Part shown: positions 18,615 through 27,873 of the stretch, in pieces
How positions within the stretch are numbered: the first letter of the stretch is position 1
Layout of the letters: each line of letters begins with the position of its first letter
Made by a program: the position numbers and the translations under genes
The notes under the pieces: model-generated
Told to the model about the DNA's origin: nothing
What the model saw: only the letters and a program-made list of their open reading frames with translations
Databases searched by the model: none
Origin: Acidobacteriota bacterium
GTDB taxonomy: Bacteria > Acidobacteriota > UBA890 > WLXD01
DNA length: 64,000 nt
NCBI GenBank assembly: GCA_963666215.2
Contig: CAXWPL010000002.1
Coordinates: 192,001 to 256,000, forward strand
Direction: 5' to 3'

Positions 18615-21446
18615 CTAGTAGGCCCAGCGGAACCCGAGCTGTAGTTGACGCACGTTGCCGATGAACGTGTTCAAGTCGCCGAAGCGGCTCGAGTCGTACT
18701 GAGTGCGCGTGGTGTACAGGTTCTCGCTGTTGAGGGCGTTGAAGACCTCCGCGAAGAACTGGAACTGTCCGGCGCCCGTGGCGAACTGCTTGGTCAGACG
18801 CAGGTCGACGTTCGAGAACGACGGCTGCTCGAACGAGTTGCGCGCGATGATCGATCCGTTGATCGCCGGCCGATCGTTGGTTTCGTTGTCGCCGTTGACG
18901 TCGCTCGTGAGAATGCCATTGTAGGGCTGACCCGAGCGCGCCGTGAACGTTCCGGCGATCTTGAAGCCCGCCGGCAGGTCCGTGAAGGCGCTCATCACGA
19001 AGCGGTGGCGGATATCACGGTCGGAGCTCCCGAAGTCGGCATCCAGGTTGAAGATGTCCGTCGGTTGGTCGCCCGTTGCAGAGCGCTCGTTGCTGTCGTT
19101 GTCTTCGTCTTTGGCCAGGGTGTACGAACCGAACATGCCCCAGCCGTCGGAAAAGCGCTTCTTGAACTCGAAGATGAGCGCGTTGTAGCGCGAGCGAGCC
19201 GAATTCTTTTCGATGCGCCACTCCACCCCCGCCTCGATGGGGCCGCCGTAGAGGCGACGCCCGTCGGCATCGAGACCAAGGTCGACGAGGTTGCTGTCGA
19301 AGAGAGACTGCAGGCCGTCGGCGCGTGCGTGCACGTAGGAGACGCCCAGCGACAAGTTGTCGACAATCTCACGCTCGACGCCCGCGTTGATGCGAATCGT
19401 GCGAGCTTCCTGATAGCTCGGGTCGAACCAGTAGATCTCCTGAGTCGCCGAGATGCCATCGGGCAGCGACGGGAACAGGTTCGGCCACAGGCCGTCGAGC
19501 TCACCACCGAAGCCGCCGATGAAGAAGATGCCCACGCCGGCCACGCCGGCCGAGGTGAAGGGATTGAAGAACAGGATTGTAGGCGTGCGGCTGTAGAAAA
19601 CGCCCACCGACGAGCGCAAGACCGTCCGCGGATCGGGCGAGTAGGCGAAGCCAAAGCGCGGCTGGAAGTTGTTCAGATCGTCGGGGATCTGCTGTGTCAC
19701 CGGCCGGTCTGGATTGCCAATGGGCGTCGGGTTGAACGTGCCTTCCCAGCGCACGCCGTAGTTGACCGTCAGATGATCGTTAACCCGCCACGAATCCTGC
19801 AGGTATACCGCTGCCACCGTCTGGCGGACATCGAAGTTCGGGCTCAGGTCGTTGGGGTCGAAGCCGCCGAAGCGCTGCAGCATGAACGACGGCTCGTTGA
19901 GCATGAACTCGTCGAGCGAGTCGAAGCGGAATTCGCCGGCGGCGAAGCCCGCGAAGAACTCACTCGTCTTGTCGGTCTCGAAGTCGAAGCCGGCCTTGAT
20001 GTCGTGGTTGTCGAACAGGTACGAGAAGTTGTTCTGCACCTGGAACTTCTTCTCGTCGACGAAGATCGGCATGAAGAAGCGACGACCGAACTGCACAAAC
20101 GGGTTTCGGATGTCCGTGTCCGGACCCTCGAGGTCGTTCGACAGCCGATCGAGGTCGTCGATCGCGTACTGCACGCGGAACTCGTTAAACGCGCGCTCAC
20201 CGAGGACCGACGTCACCTGTAAAACCGTCGAGATCGTCTTTTCTTTCTGGGCGCCCAGGCTGGAGTTTGACAACGTCGTCGAGCCCTGCAGGTTGGTGTC
20301 TGTGCCGCCGCCAATCGTCTCGTGGTCCGAGAAGTTGACCCGCAGGCTCACCTGGTTGTCGTCGTTGATCGAGTGGTCGAGCTTGCCGAACAGCACGACC
20401 GTGTCGTTGGTGCGCGTAAAGCGTGTCTGGTTGATGTCCCAGGCCGGCCGGAACTGGGTGACGTAGGCCTCGAGCGCGGACGTCTGTGCAGCGTCGAGGT
20501 CGTAGTCGACGAAGTAGGGAATGCCGAAGACCTGCGCGTCTGCAGAGAAGAAGGCAAAGGTCTCGTTGCGCGCCAGCGGCCCGCCGACGCTGCCACCGAA
20601 CTGCTTCGCCGAGAATTCCGTCTGCTCGCGGTCGAACGGGTCGGTACCGGTGAACCCCTCGTCGCGCAGGAAGAAATGCCCGCCACCCCGCCACTGGTTC
20701 GTGCCCGACTTCGTGACCACGTTCACCAGACCACCGCCGGAACGTCCGAACTCGGGCATGATGCCGGAGGTGATGACCTGGAACTCCTGCACCGACTCCT
20801 GGCTGATCGTGAACGGCGAGTCTGTACCGCCGCGCTGGTAGCCGAAGAAGGCGCTGTTGTCGGAGCTGCCGTCGACGTTGACCGAGGTGTTGATCCCACG
20901 CTGGCCCGAAATGGCGATCGTGTTGCGGCTGCCCTCGATGAGCGTGCCCGGCGTCAGCAGTGTGAAGTCGGTGAAGTTGCGGCCCAGGATGGGCAGCGAG
21001 TCGATGGCGGTCTCACTGATCGTCGTGGAAACCTGAGTCTTTGACGTCTCCACCACCGGCGACTGGCCGGTGACGATCAGAACCTCCTGTACGCTCGCGA
21101 GATCCATCGAGATATCGACCTGCATCGCCGAGCCGAGCGAGACCGGGATGGCGTTGCGCTCCACCGACCGGAACCCCTGGAGGTCGGCTCGCACCGAATA
21201 GAGTCCCGGTGGCAGCAGCGGCACTCGATAGGTGCCGTTGGCGCTCGCGACCGCCGTGCGGACGCGGCCTGTCGATTCGCTGGTGACGGTGATCGTAGCG
21301 CCCGGGAGCACGCCGCCGTCCGGATCGAGGATCGTGCCGAGGATGTTGCCGGTAGTGCTCTGCGTCTGCGCCCACGCCGGAGACGCGATCAATAACAGGA
21401 GCGAAACACTCAGAACAGAGAGGACGCTTGCACGGATGCGGTTCAA
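18615..21446 (-). CDS. TonB-dependent outer-membrane receptor with carboxypeptidase-regulatory-like N-domain (Oar type)
   Basis: Signal peptide after TTG 21446 with a G-rich RBS, G.I.D.DG.VLPGAT.V domain, LPILGRNF, plug motif SVQEFQV..PEFGRSGG..VNVVTKSGTN and C-terminal QLGFRWAY. Confidence 0.93.
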   Translation of the reverse strand: MNRIRASVLSVLSVSLLLLIASPAWAQTQSTTGNILGTILDPDGGVLPGATITVTSESTGRVRTAVASANGTYRVPLLPPGLYSVRADLQGFRSVERNAIPVSLGSAMQVDISMDLASVQEVLIVTGQSPVVETSKTQVSTTISETAIDSLPILGRNFTDFTLLTPGTLIEGSRNTIAISGQRGINTSVNVDGSSDNSAFFGYQRGGTDSPFTISQESVQEFQVITSGIMPEFGRSGGGLVNVVTKSGTNQWRGGGHFFLRDEGFTGTDPFDREQTEFSAKQFGGSVGGPLARNETFAFFSADAQVFGIPYFVDYDLDAAQTSALEAYVTQFRPAWDINQTRFTRTNDTVVLFGKLDHSINDDNQVSLRVNFSDHETIGGGTDTNLQGSTTLSNSSLGAQKEKTISTVLQVTSVLGERAFNEFRVQYAIDDLDRLSNDLEGPDTDIRNPFVQFGRRFFMPIFVDEKKFQVQNNFSYLFDNHDIKAGFDFETDKTSEFFAGFAAGEFRFDSLDEFMLNEPSFMLQRFGGFDPNDLSPNFDVRQTVAAVYLQDSWRVNDHLTVNYGVRWEGTFNPTPIGNPDRPVTQQIPDDLNNFQPRFGFAYSPDPRTVLRSSVGVFYSRTPTILFFNPFTSAGVAGVGIFFIGGFGGELDGLWPNLFPSLPDGISATQEIYWFDPSYQEARTIRINAGVEREIVDNLSLGVSYVHARADGLQSLFDSNLVDLGLDADGRRLYGGPIEAGVEWRIEKNSARSRYNALIFEFKKRFSDGWGMFGSYTLAKDEDNDSNERSATGDQPTDIFNLDADFGSSDRDIRHRFVMSAFTDLPAGFKIAGTFTARSGQPYNGILTSDVNGDNETNDRPAINGSIIARNSFEQPSFSNVDLRLTKQFATGAGQFQFFAEVFNALNSENLYTTRTQYDSSRFGDLNTFIGNVRQLQLGFRWAY

Positions 21447-21640
21447 AGGAACCCCCCTTTGGGCCCCTGAAAAGTACTGGGTCGGGTCGCCGGTCGGTGA
21501 AACGGATCCGACGAGCCTCGCTGCGTTGCTCCCCTCTGCACACGCCCCCGTGTGACCTGCCCAGAACCGCGCCCACCTGTGCGGTGCGCCGGGCTCGAAA
21601 GGAGATCGCTGGCGGCAGGATCTACCCACCGCACGCCGAC

Positions 21641-21668
21641 ATCCTATCGAGTCAAACCGTCAGGTCAA
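21641..21668 (-). promoter_or_regulatory. Putative sigma70 promoter for the TonB receptor operon
   Basis: TTGACC-N16-TAGGAT on the minus strand. Confidence 0.45.
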
Positions 21669-21848
21669 GGTACCTAGCGGCCTTTTGCATCGGTTTCGAC
21701 AATCCGATGCCGACCCCCCGCGGCGTGGACGCGCAGACGCCCACAATCGGCTTCCGTAACGCCCCGTCGGAAGACTCGCCAGGAGCGGGATCACACGCGA
21801 CCAGCTCTCCCAGAGACGCCGATCGGGGACTCCTCGATCGGACTGTGT

Positions 21849-23399
21849 TCAGCTTCTGTCGCCAGCGGCCGAGGCGATCGCGGTGCGGATCCGAGCCGCC
21901 ACACGGCGGGCGTCGGCGACGATACTGGCGGCGTCGAGGGTGCGGTGCTCGCCGTCGAGATACAGCACCTTGCCGTCGACGATCGTGCCGCGCACGTTGC
22001 CGCCACGTGCGGCGTAGGCAGTGTGCGAGTAGGGGTCGTAGCGCGGCACCATATTCGCTGCCTCACCGTCGATCACGATGAGATCGGCGCGCTTGCCGAG
22101 CTCGAGAGAACCGATCTCGTTGTCCATCCGCAAGGCGCGGGCGCCGCCGATTGTCGCCATCGCCACCACGACCTGGGCCGGAATCGCGGTGGGATCCGAG
22201 TCGTCGTGCTTGTGAAGGAACGACGCCAGGGTGAGGGCGTTGAACATGTCGAGGTCGTTGTTGCTCGCCGCCCCGTCGGTGCCGAGGCCGACGGCAACGC
22301 CGGCCTCGAGCAGGTCGGGCAGGCGCATGCGGCCCGAGGCGAGCTTCAGGTTGCTCTCGGGGTTGTGCACCAGGCCGACGTCGTGACGTCGCAAGATCTC
22401 GATGTCTCGGTCGGTGAGCCAGATTCCGTGAGCGCCGAGCAGATCGGGTCCGAGAAAGCCCAGGTTCTCGAGGTGTTCCGCGGGCGTGACACCGTAGCGT
22501 TGTTCGATCTGCTCCACCTCGTCGCGGGTCTCCGCCAGATGGATGAGTAACGGCACGCCGTATTCGCGCGTCAACGCGGCTGTCGCCCGCAACACGTCGG
22601 GGTCGACGGTGTACGGCGAGTGCGGAAACGCGGTCGCGGTGATACGCGGATGATCCAGCCAGCGCTCGATGAACGTGCGGGTGTACTCGAGGCTCGACGT
22701 TGTGTCGGGGTGGTCGGGAACGGGGAAGCCGATGATCGTCTCCCCCAGGACGCCGCGTAGACCGGCGATGTCGGCCTCCTCGGCGATAGCGTCCTCGAAG
22801 TAGTAGCCGTCCACGAAGGTTGTCGTGCCAGAAGCGATCATTTCGAGCGCCGCCAGTCGCATGCCGACCCGGACGAACTCCTCGTCGACGGTCTTGGCCT
22901 CCGCCGGGAAGATGTAGTTCTGCAGCCAGTCCATCAGCGCCAGGTCGTCGGCGATGCCGCGCATCAGCACCATCGGGGCATGGCCGTGGCCGTTGATCAG
23001 GCCGGGCATCACGATGTCGTGGGCTCTCGCCTCCACGACCTCGGCCGCCGAGTAGGCGGCGCGGATCTCGTCGGCGGTGCCGATCGCGACGATCTCGCCA
23101 TCGATGGCGGCCAGCCCACCATCCTCGATGACACGCCGCGCCCGGTTCATCGTCACCAGCGTGCCGCCAACAACGATCAGATCTGCTCTGTTATTGCGGT
23201 TGGCGGTACTACCGCCACTCTGGCGCGCGGTTGTCGGTGGAGTCGGCGCTGCTCGGTCCTCCGAACAAGCTCCTGTCGAGAGCGCGGCGCCGAACAGCAG
23301 CGCGATGACCAGCGGGCCGCGGGCTGCCCGGCACGGCGGCACCGTGGGCAGCGCCCAGCGGAGTGCACGGGCGGTCGTACTCGAGTTACGAGCTTGCAT
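21849..23399 (-). CDS. Amidohydrolase, MTA/SAH (nucleoside) deaminase-like, with a lipoprotein-type signal
   Basis: PGLINGHGH, IHLAET, AHGIWL, HNPESNLKLASG and GTDG. Hydrophobic stretch plus STGAC lipobox. Confidence 0.88.
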   Translation of the reverse strand: MQARNSSTTARALRWALPTVPPCRAARGPLVIALLFGAALSTGACSEDRAAPTPPTTARQSGGSTANRNNRADLIVVGGTLVTMNRARRVIEDGGLAAIDGEIVAIGTADEIRAAYSAAEVVEARAHDIVMPGLINGHGHAPMVLMRGIADDLALMDWLQNYIFPAEAKTVDEEFVRVGMRLAALEMIASGTTTFVDGYYFEDAIAEEADIAGLRGVLGETIIGFPVPDHPDTTSSLEYTRTFIERWLDHPRITATAFPHSPYTVDPDVLRATAALTREYGVPLLIHLAETRDEVEQIEQRYGVTPAEHLENLGFLGPDLLGAHGIWLTDRDIEILRRHDVGLVHNPESNLKLASGRMRLPDLLEAGVAVGLGTDGAASNNDLDMFNALTLASFLHKHDDSDPTAIPAQVVVAMATIGGARALRMDNEIGSLELGKRADLIVIDGEAANMVPRYDPYSHTAYAARGGNVRGTIVDGKVLYLDGEHRTLDAASIVADARRVAARIRTAIASAAGDRS

Positions 23400-23411
23400 G
23401 GATACCTCGTC

Positions 23412-23825
23412 CTAGTCGCTGTTGTCGAGGTCGTCGGGTCCGAACGGTCCCGGCAGCAGGTTTCGCGGCGACCAGACCGCAACAGACCCGCTCGGGGTGG
23501 CCAGCAGGACGTTGGCCTGCGGCGCGAGGTCCCAAATCACCTGGCGGCAGGCGCCGCACGGTGACGTGGGAATTTCGCCGCGTCCCGGGCCCATCACGGC
23601 GAGCTCCACGATGTCGTCGGCACCGGCGGCGCCCACGCGGAAACGCGAGTAGGGGGCGTGGGCGTTGCCGCGCGCCAGCGCGGCGGCTTCGACGAGCGCT
23701 TTCTGCTCGTCGCGCAACTCGTCGAGCCGAGTCGGCTGGTCGGGGTAGTCGGCGTGGCCGGGATCGTCCTTGCCGCTCACAGACTCTGCTTGTCTCCAGC
23801 GAATGCGCTCTTCAGGACGATTCAA
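23412..23825 (-). pseudogene. cdd: Cytidine deaminase with an internal in-frame deletion
   Basis: AHAPYSRFRVGAA and SPCGACRQ are present. The NVENAS and CAE motifs are absent. Confidence 0.85.
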
Positions 23826-24700
23826 TCGGGTGCTCCCTCCGCGCCGGCCCAGCCTTCGTCGACGGCGATGTTGGCGACGAGTCCGCGAATGAGCTGCGTG
23901 AGCTCGTCGCGGACGCGTTCTCCGGTTTCCATGACCTCCCCGTGGTCGATCGGTTCCCCCAGCACGCCGGCCGCCATGTTGCTGAGCATGGAGATCCCCA
24001 CCACCTTCACGCCCGCGTGATTGGCGACGATCACCTCCGGAACTGTCGACATTCCGACGGCCGACGCGCCGAGCGTGCGCAGCATGCGGATCTCGGCGGG
24101 GGTCTCGAACGACGGTCCGCTAAGAGCCGCGTACACTCCCTCGCGCAGCTCGATGCCCGCCGACAGCGCCGCGGCTCGGACCGCGTCGAGGTAGGGCGGG
24201 TGGTACGCGTATGTCATGTCGAAGAAGCGCGGCCCCATGCTCGTCAGATTGGCACCGATGCACGGGTTGGTACCCTGCAGGTTGAGATGGTCGGTGATCA
24301 GCATCAGGTCGCCAGGGGCGAAAGAGGTGTCAATGGCACCTGCCGCGTTGGTGACCAGGAGCGCTTCGCAGCCAAGGAGTGCCAGGGCGCGAGTCGGGAA
24401 GGTGATCTCCCAGGGCGCGTAGCCCTCGTACAGGTGCACGCGGCCCTGCATGACGGCAACGGGCACGCCCTCGAGGCGCCCCAGGACAAGCCGCCCCGCG
24501 TGCCCCTCGACAGTGGAGAGAGGCCACCCGGGAATGCGGTCATACGGCAGGATCGCCACGTCGGCGAGCTCCTCCGCGATGCCACCGAGTCCCGACCCGA
24601 GGATCAACGCCATGCGCGGCTGCAGCGTTGATGCCGCGGCAACGGCGTCGCGCGCCGCGCTCAACTTGGCGAGCAGATCTGGCGGTGCGGCGTGGCTCAT
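23822..24700 (-). CDS. punA: Purine nucleoside phosphorylase (trimeric PNP-I type)
   Basis: ILGSGLG, GHAG, QGRVHLYEG, TNAAG, GPSFETPAE and VGMSTVPE. Confidence 0.95.
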   Translation of the reverse strand: MSHAAPPDLLAKLSAARDAVAAASTLQPRMALILGSGLGGIAEELADVAILPYDRIPGWPLSTVEGHAGRLVLGRLEGVPVAVMQGRVHLYEGYAPWEITFPTRALALLGCEALLVTNAAGAIDTSFAPGDLMLITDHLNLQGTNPCIGANLTSMGPRFFDMTYAYHPPYLDAVRAAALSAGIELREGVYAALSGPSFETPAEIRMLRTLGASAVGMSTVPEVIVANHAGVKVVGISMLSNMAAGVLGEPIDHGEVMETGERVRDELTQLIRGLVANIAVDEGWAGAEGAPD

Positions 24701-24752
24701 GGTGCTCTCCTGAGGGCGTTGCTTGTCGAGCGTATACGCGGATGAAGTCCTG

Positions 24753-26132
24753 CTAGAGGCCGGAAAGTAGGCCGGCGAGAGTGGCGACGGTGTACGACGA
24801 CATCATGCCGGCGATCATCGCCCAGATGCCAATGCGGGCCAGATCGGCTTTGCGGTCGGGAGCCAGCGCCCCGATGCCGCCGATCTGAATCGCGATCGAG
24901 GCGAAATTGGCGAAGCCACAGAGCGAGTACGACGCGATCAGCTCCGACTTCGGCGACAGCAGCCCAGCGTCGACCATCTCTTTCATTCGGGTGAAGGCGA
25001 CGATCTCGGTGAGCACCAGCTTGGTGCCGAACAGCTCGCCGACGCGGGCGGCCTCCTCCCACGGCACCCCCATCACGAAGGCGAGCGGCGCGAACAGGGC
25101 TCCAAGCAGGCTCTGGAGCTGCATGGGTACCGGGCCAGGGCCGCGGACTGCGAAAACGATCCAAGCCGCAACCAACGCCACCGCTACACCGCCGCCAACT
25201 CGCAGCGCGAGAGCTCGGTCGGGGCGGTAGATCGCCCAGTAGGCGGCAAACAGCACGAGCAGGCCAATCGTCAGGTTGCGCAATCCCGACATGCTGGCGA
25301 ACGAGCCGCCAATCAGACCAAGAATCCCGTTGATCAGCGTGATGAGCGCGATGAAGGCCACCAGCATGCCGGCAATGTTGAGTGCCAACGTAACGCCCTG
25401 CCCTGCACCGCGCGCCGCGGCGTCGAGCACGTTGACCTCTTCGCTGTCGACGTCAATCGCGATCTCGCCGGCGGTCTTCGACTCGTCGGTCTCGGGCATG
25501 AACAGCTTGGCCATCACCAACGAAGCCGGCGCCGCCATGACGCTGGCGGCGAGCAGGTAGTCGGCGCGAACGCCGATTGCGATGTAGGTGGCGAGCACTG
25601 CGCCGGAGACCGTGGCAAAGCCGCCGGTCATCAGCGCCATGAGCTCAGAGCGCGTCATCGAGTTGATGTACGGCGAGATGATGATCGGCGCCTCGGTCTG
25701 CCCCATGAAGACGTTGGCGGCCGCGGCCAGCGACTCCGAGCCCGACACGCGCATCGCCCGGTGCATCACACGAGCCATCAACATCACCACGCGCTGCATC
25801 AACCCGATGTGGTAGAGCACCGAGAAGAAGGAAGCGATGAAGATCACCACCGGGAGTACCTGGAAAGCGAGGATGAACCCGCCCGCATTGCCGGTGGCGA
25901 GAGGTCCGAAAACGAACTCCGAGCCCGCCGAGGCATAGTCGAGCAGCCGGGTGACGCCGTTGGCCGCCGCCTGGAACGCGGCCTGCCCCGGACTGGTCTT
26001 CATGACGACGAGCGCGAAGACGACCTGCAGCGCCAGCCCCCAGACGATCGTCTGCGGGTTGACCGCGGCGCGATCGCGCGACAGCAGGTAGGCGATTCCA
26101 TACAGGACGATCAGGCCGAGGATGCCGATCAT
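24753..26132 (-). CDS. nupC: Concentrative nucleoside transporter (NupC/CNT family)
   Basis: AFQVLPVVIF, FMGQTEAP, GGFATVSG and LCGFANFASIAIQIGG. Confidence 0.95.
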   Translation of the reverse strand: MIGILGLIVLYGIAYLLSRDRAAVNPQTIVWGLALQVVFALVVMKTSPGQAAFQAAANGVTRLLDYASAGSEFVFGPLATGNAGGFILAFQVLPVVIFIASFFSVLYHIGLMQRVVMLMARVMHRAMRVSGSESLAAAANVFMGQTEAPIIISPYINSMTRSELMALMTGGFATVSGAVLATYIAIGVRADYLLAASVMAAPASLVMAKLFMPETDESKTAGEIAIDVDSEEVNVLDAAARGAGQGVTLALNIAGMLVAFIALITLINGILGLIGGSFASMSGLRNLTIGLLVLFAAYWAIYRPDRALALRVGGGVAVALVAAWIVFAVRGPGPVPMQLQSLLGALFAPLAFVMGVPWEEAARVGELFGTKLVLTEIVAFTRMKEMVDAGLLSPKSELIASYSLCGFANFASIAIQIGGIGALAPDRKADLARIGIWAMIAGMMSSYTVATLAGLLSGL

Positions 26133-27471
26133 GCGTGCCTCTCGAGCACCAGGGGCGCGGCGGCGGCGGGGCCTCCGCGACAGTCAAGGCAGAAGCGAGC
26201 AGGCGCTCGGCCCGCTCCACGTCTGCGCCGTCATTGAAGAACACTCGGGCCCAGGGTTGCCCTGGGTCCAGCGCGTCGCCGCGCTTGGCCAGAAGCCGGA
26301 GGCCCGCCGCCGGGTCGACGACGTCCTCCTTGCACGATCTTCCGGCGCGCAGCGCGATGGCCGCTTCGCCGACCTGGCGAGCTTGGATCGCGCCGACGTA
26401 GCCCGGCCGGGGTGGAAATACCCTGTGTTCGTGGACGGCTGCGGGTAGCAGCGAGGGGTCATCGATCACACGAGGATTACCACCCTGCGCCTCGATCAGC
26501 GCTCCCAGACGCTCGAGTGCGCGTCCGTCATCGAGAGCCGCGATTGCGGTTCGGAGACCGGAGTCGAGGTCGCTCGCGACGCCCGACACCACGAGCATCT
26601 CGGCAACCAGAATGGTTGTCAGCTCTCGGATGTCGGCGATTGCGCCGTCCGGATCGGGATCTCGACGCAGTACACGCAGGCACTCCGCGATCTCGTTCGC
26701 GTTGCCCACCGCCGAGCCCAGCGGCTGGTCCATGTCGGTTACCACCGCGACACATTCGAGATGCTCCCGGCGCGCTACATCTCGCAGTCGTCGAGCCAGA
26801 TCTCGGGCGGCCTGTAGGTCGACACAGAAGGCCCCCGAACCAGCCTTTACATCGAGGACGAGAGCGTCGGCGCCCTCGGCGATCTTCTTGCTCAGGATAC
26901 TGGCGGTAATCAACCCCGAGTCATCGACCGTGGCCGTTGCGTCGCGCAGGGCATAGAGCTTGCGGTCGGCGGGAACGAACGTGCGGGTTTGCCCGCCCAT
27001 CGCCACACCGACGCGTTCGAGAACCGAGGCGAATTCGTCCCGCGAAAGGTCTGTGCGCATGCCGGGGATGCTCTCGAGCTTGTCGAGGGTGCCGCCGGTA
27101 TGGCCGAGACCACGGCCCGACACCATGGGAACAAGCAGCCCGCACACGGCCGCCAGCGGTGCGAGGCAGATACTGATCTTGTCGCCGACGCCGCCGGTGC
27201 TGTGCTTGTCAACGCAGGGTCGGCCGCATCGAGCGCCGTTTCCCTGCGACAGGCCTGACCAGTCGTAACGCTCGCCCGATTCCACCATCGAACGGGTGAG
27301 CTGAGCGGTTTCCTCATCGTCGAGCCCGCGCCAACGAATGGCCATGAGGAGCGCGGCCATTTGATAATCGGGCACTTCTCCGTCCACGTAGGAACGGATT
27401 GCCTCGTCGATCTCGCGAGGCTGCAGCGCGCCTCCGCCCTTCTTGGTCTCGATCAGGTCGAGGAAGCGCAT
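26129..27471 (-). CDS. pdp: Pyrimidine-nucleoside / thymidine phosphorylase, with an apparent 1-nt deletion near the 3' end
   Basis: DKHSTGGVGDK, SGRGLGHTGGTLDKLESIPG and SILSKK. AGGAG RBS. Adding one C to the run at 26152-26155 gives PRPLVLERHA* overlapping the nupC ATG. Confidence 0.93.
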
Positions 27472-27873
27472 CGATCTCCTGGCGGTTCTACCCGAAGAGC
27501 TTCGGGGCTCACGGTATCGCCGCGTTTCTTGTCGGAGGCGTCGTATCGAGTGGGAGCGGTGGCTGCGGCTCTTTCTGGCGACTGCTCTTTCTACGGAACC
27601 CGCCCGATGGCGCGCGAGTTTAGCAGCAGCGGCCCAACCCGGCCGCTGCAGAGCGGTTCTCGATTGAGCGCCGCGTTGGCGCGCCAGTAGCGCGGTGTGA
27701 TCAGCACGACACAAAGCCCGTAGAAGGTCGAAGCGAGCGTGCTATTGTGCCGCCCCGCGCGCGGTTTGCCGGGATACAGCTGCCGCCGCGGCACCACCCG
27801 AGCTTGGACGTCGAACTCGGTTCCTTACGAGCCCCGCTGGGGCTATCGGGTGGTCGGCAAAACGGATGGGGCC

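Noticed and set aside
27480-27730. Purine or 2'-dG riboswitch upstream of pdp (TTCTAC and CCGTA words, a few hairpins)
   Set aside because: Spacing and three-way junction do not fit the aptamer. The short stems are expected at this GC content.
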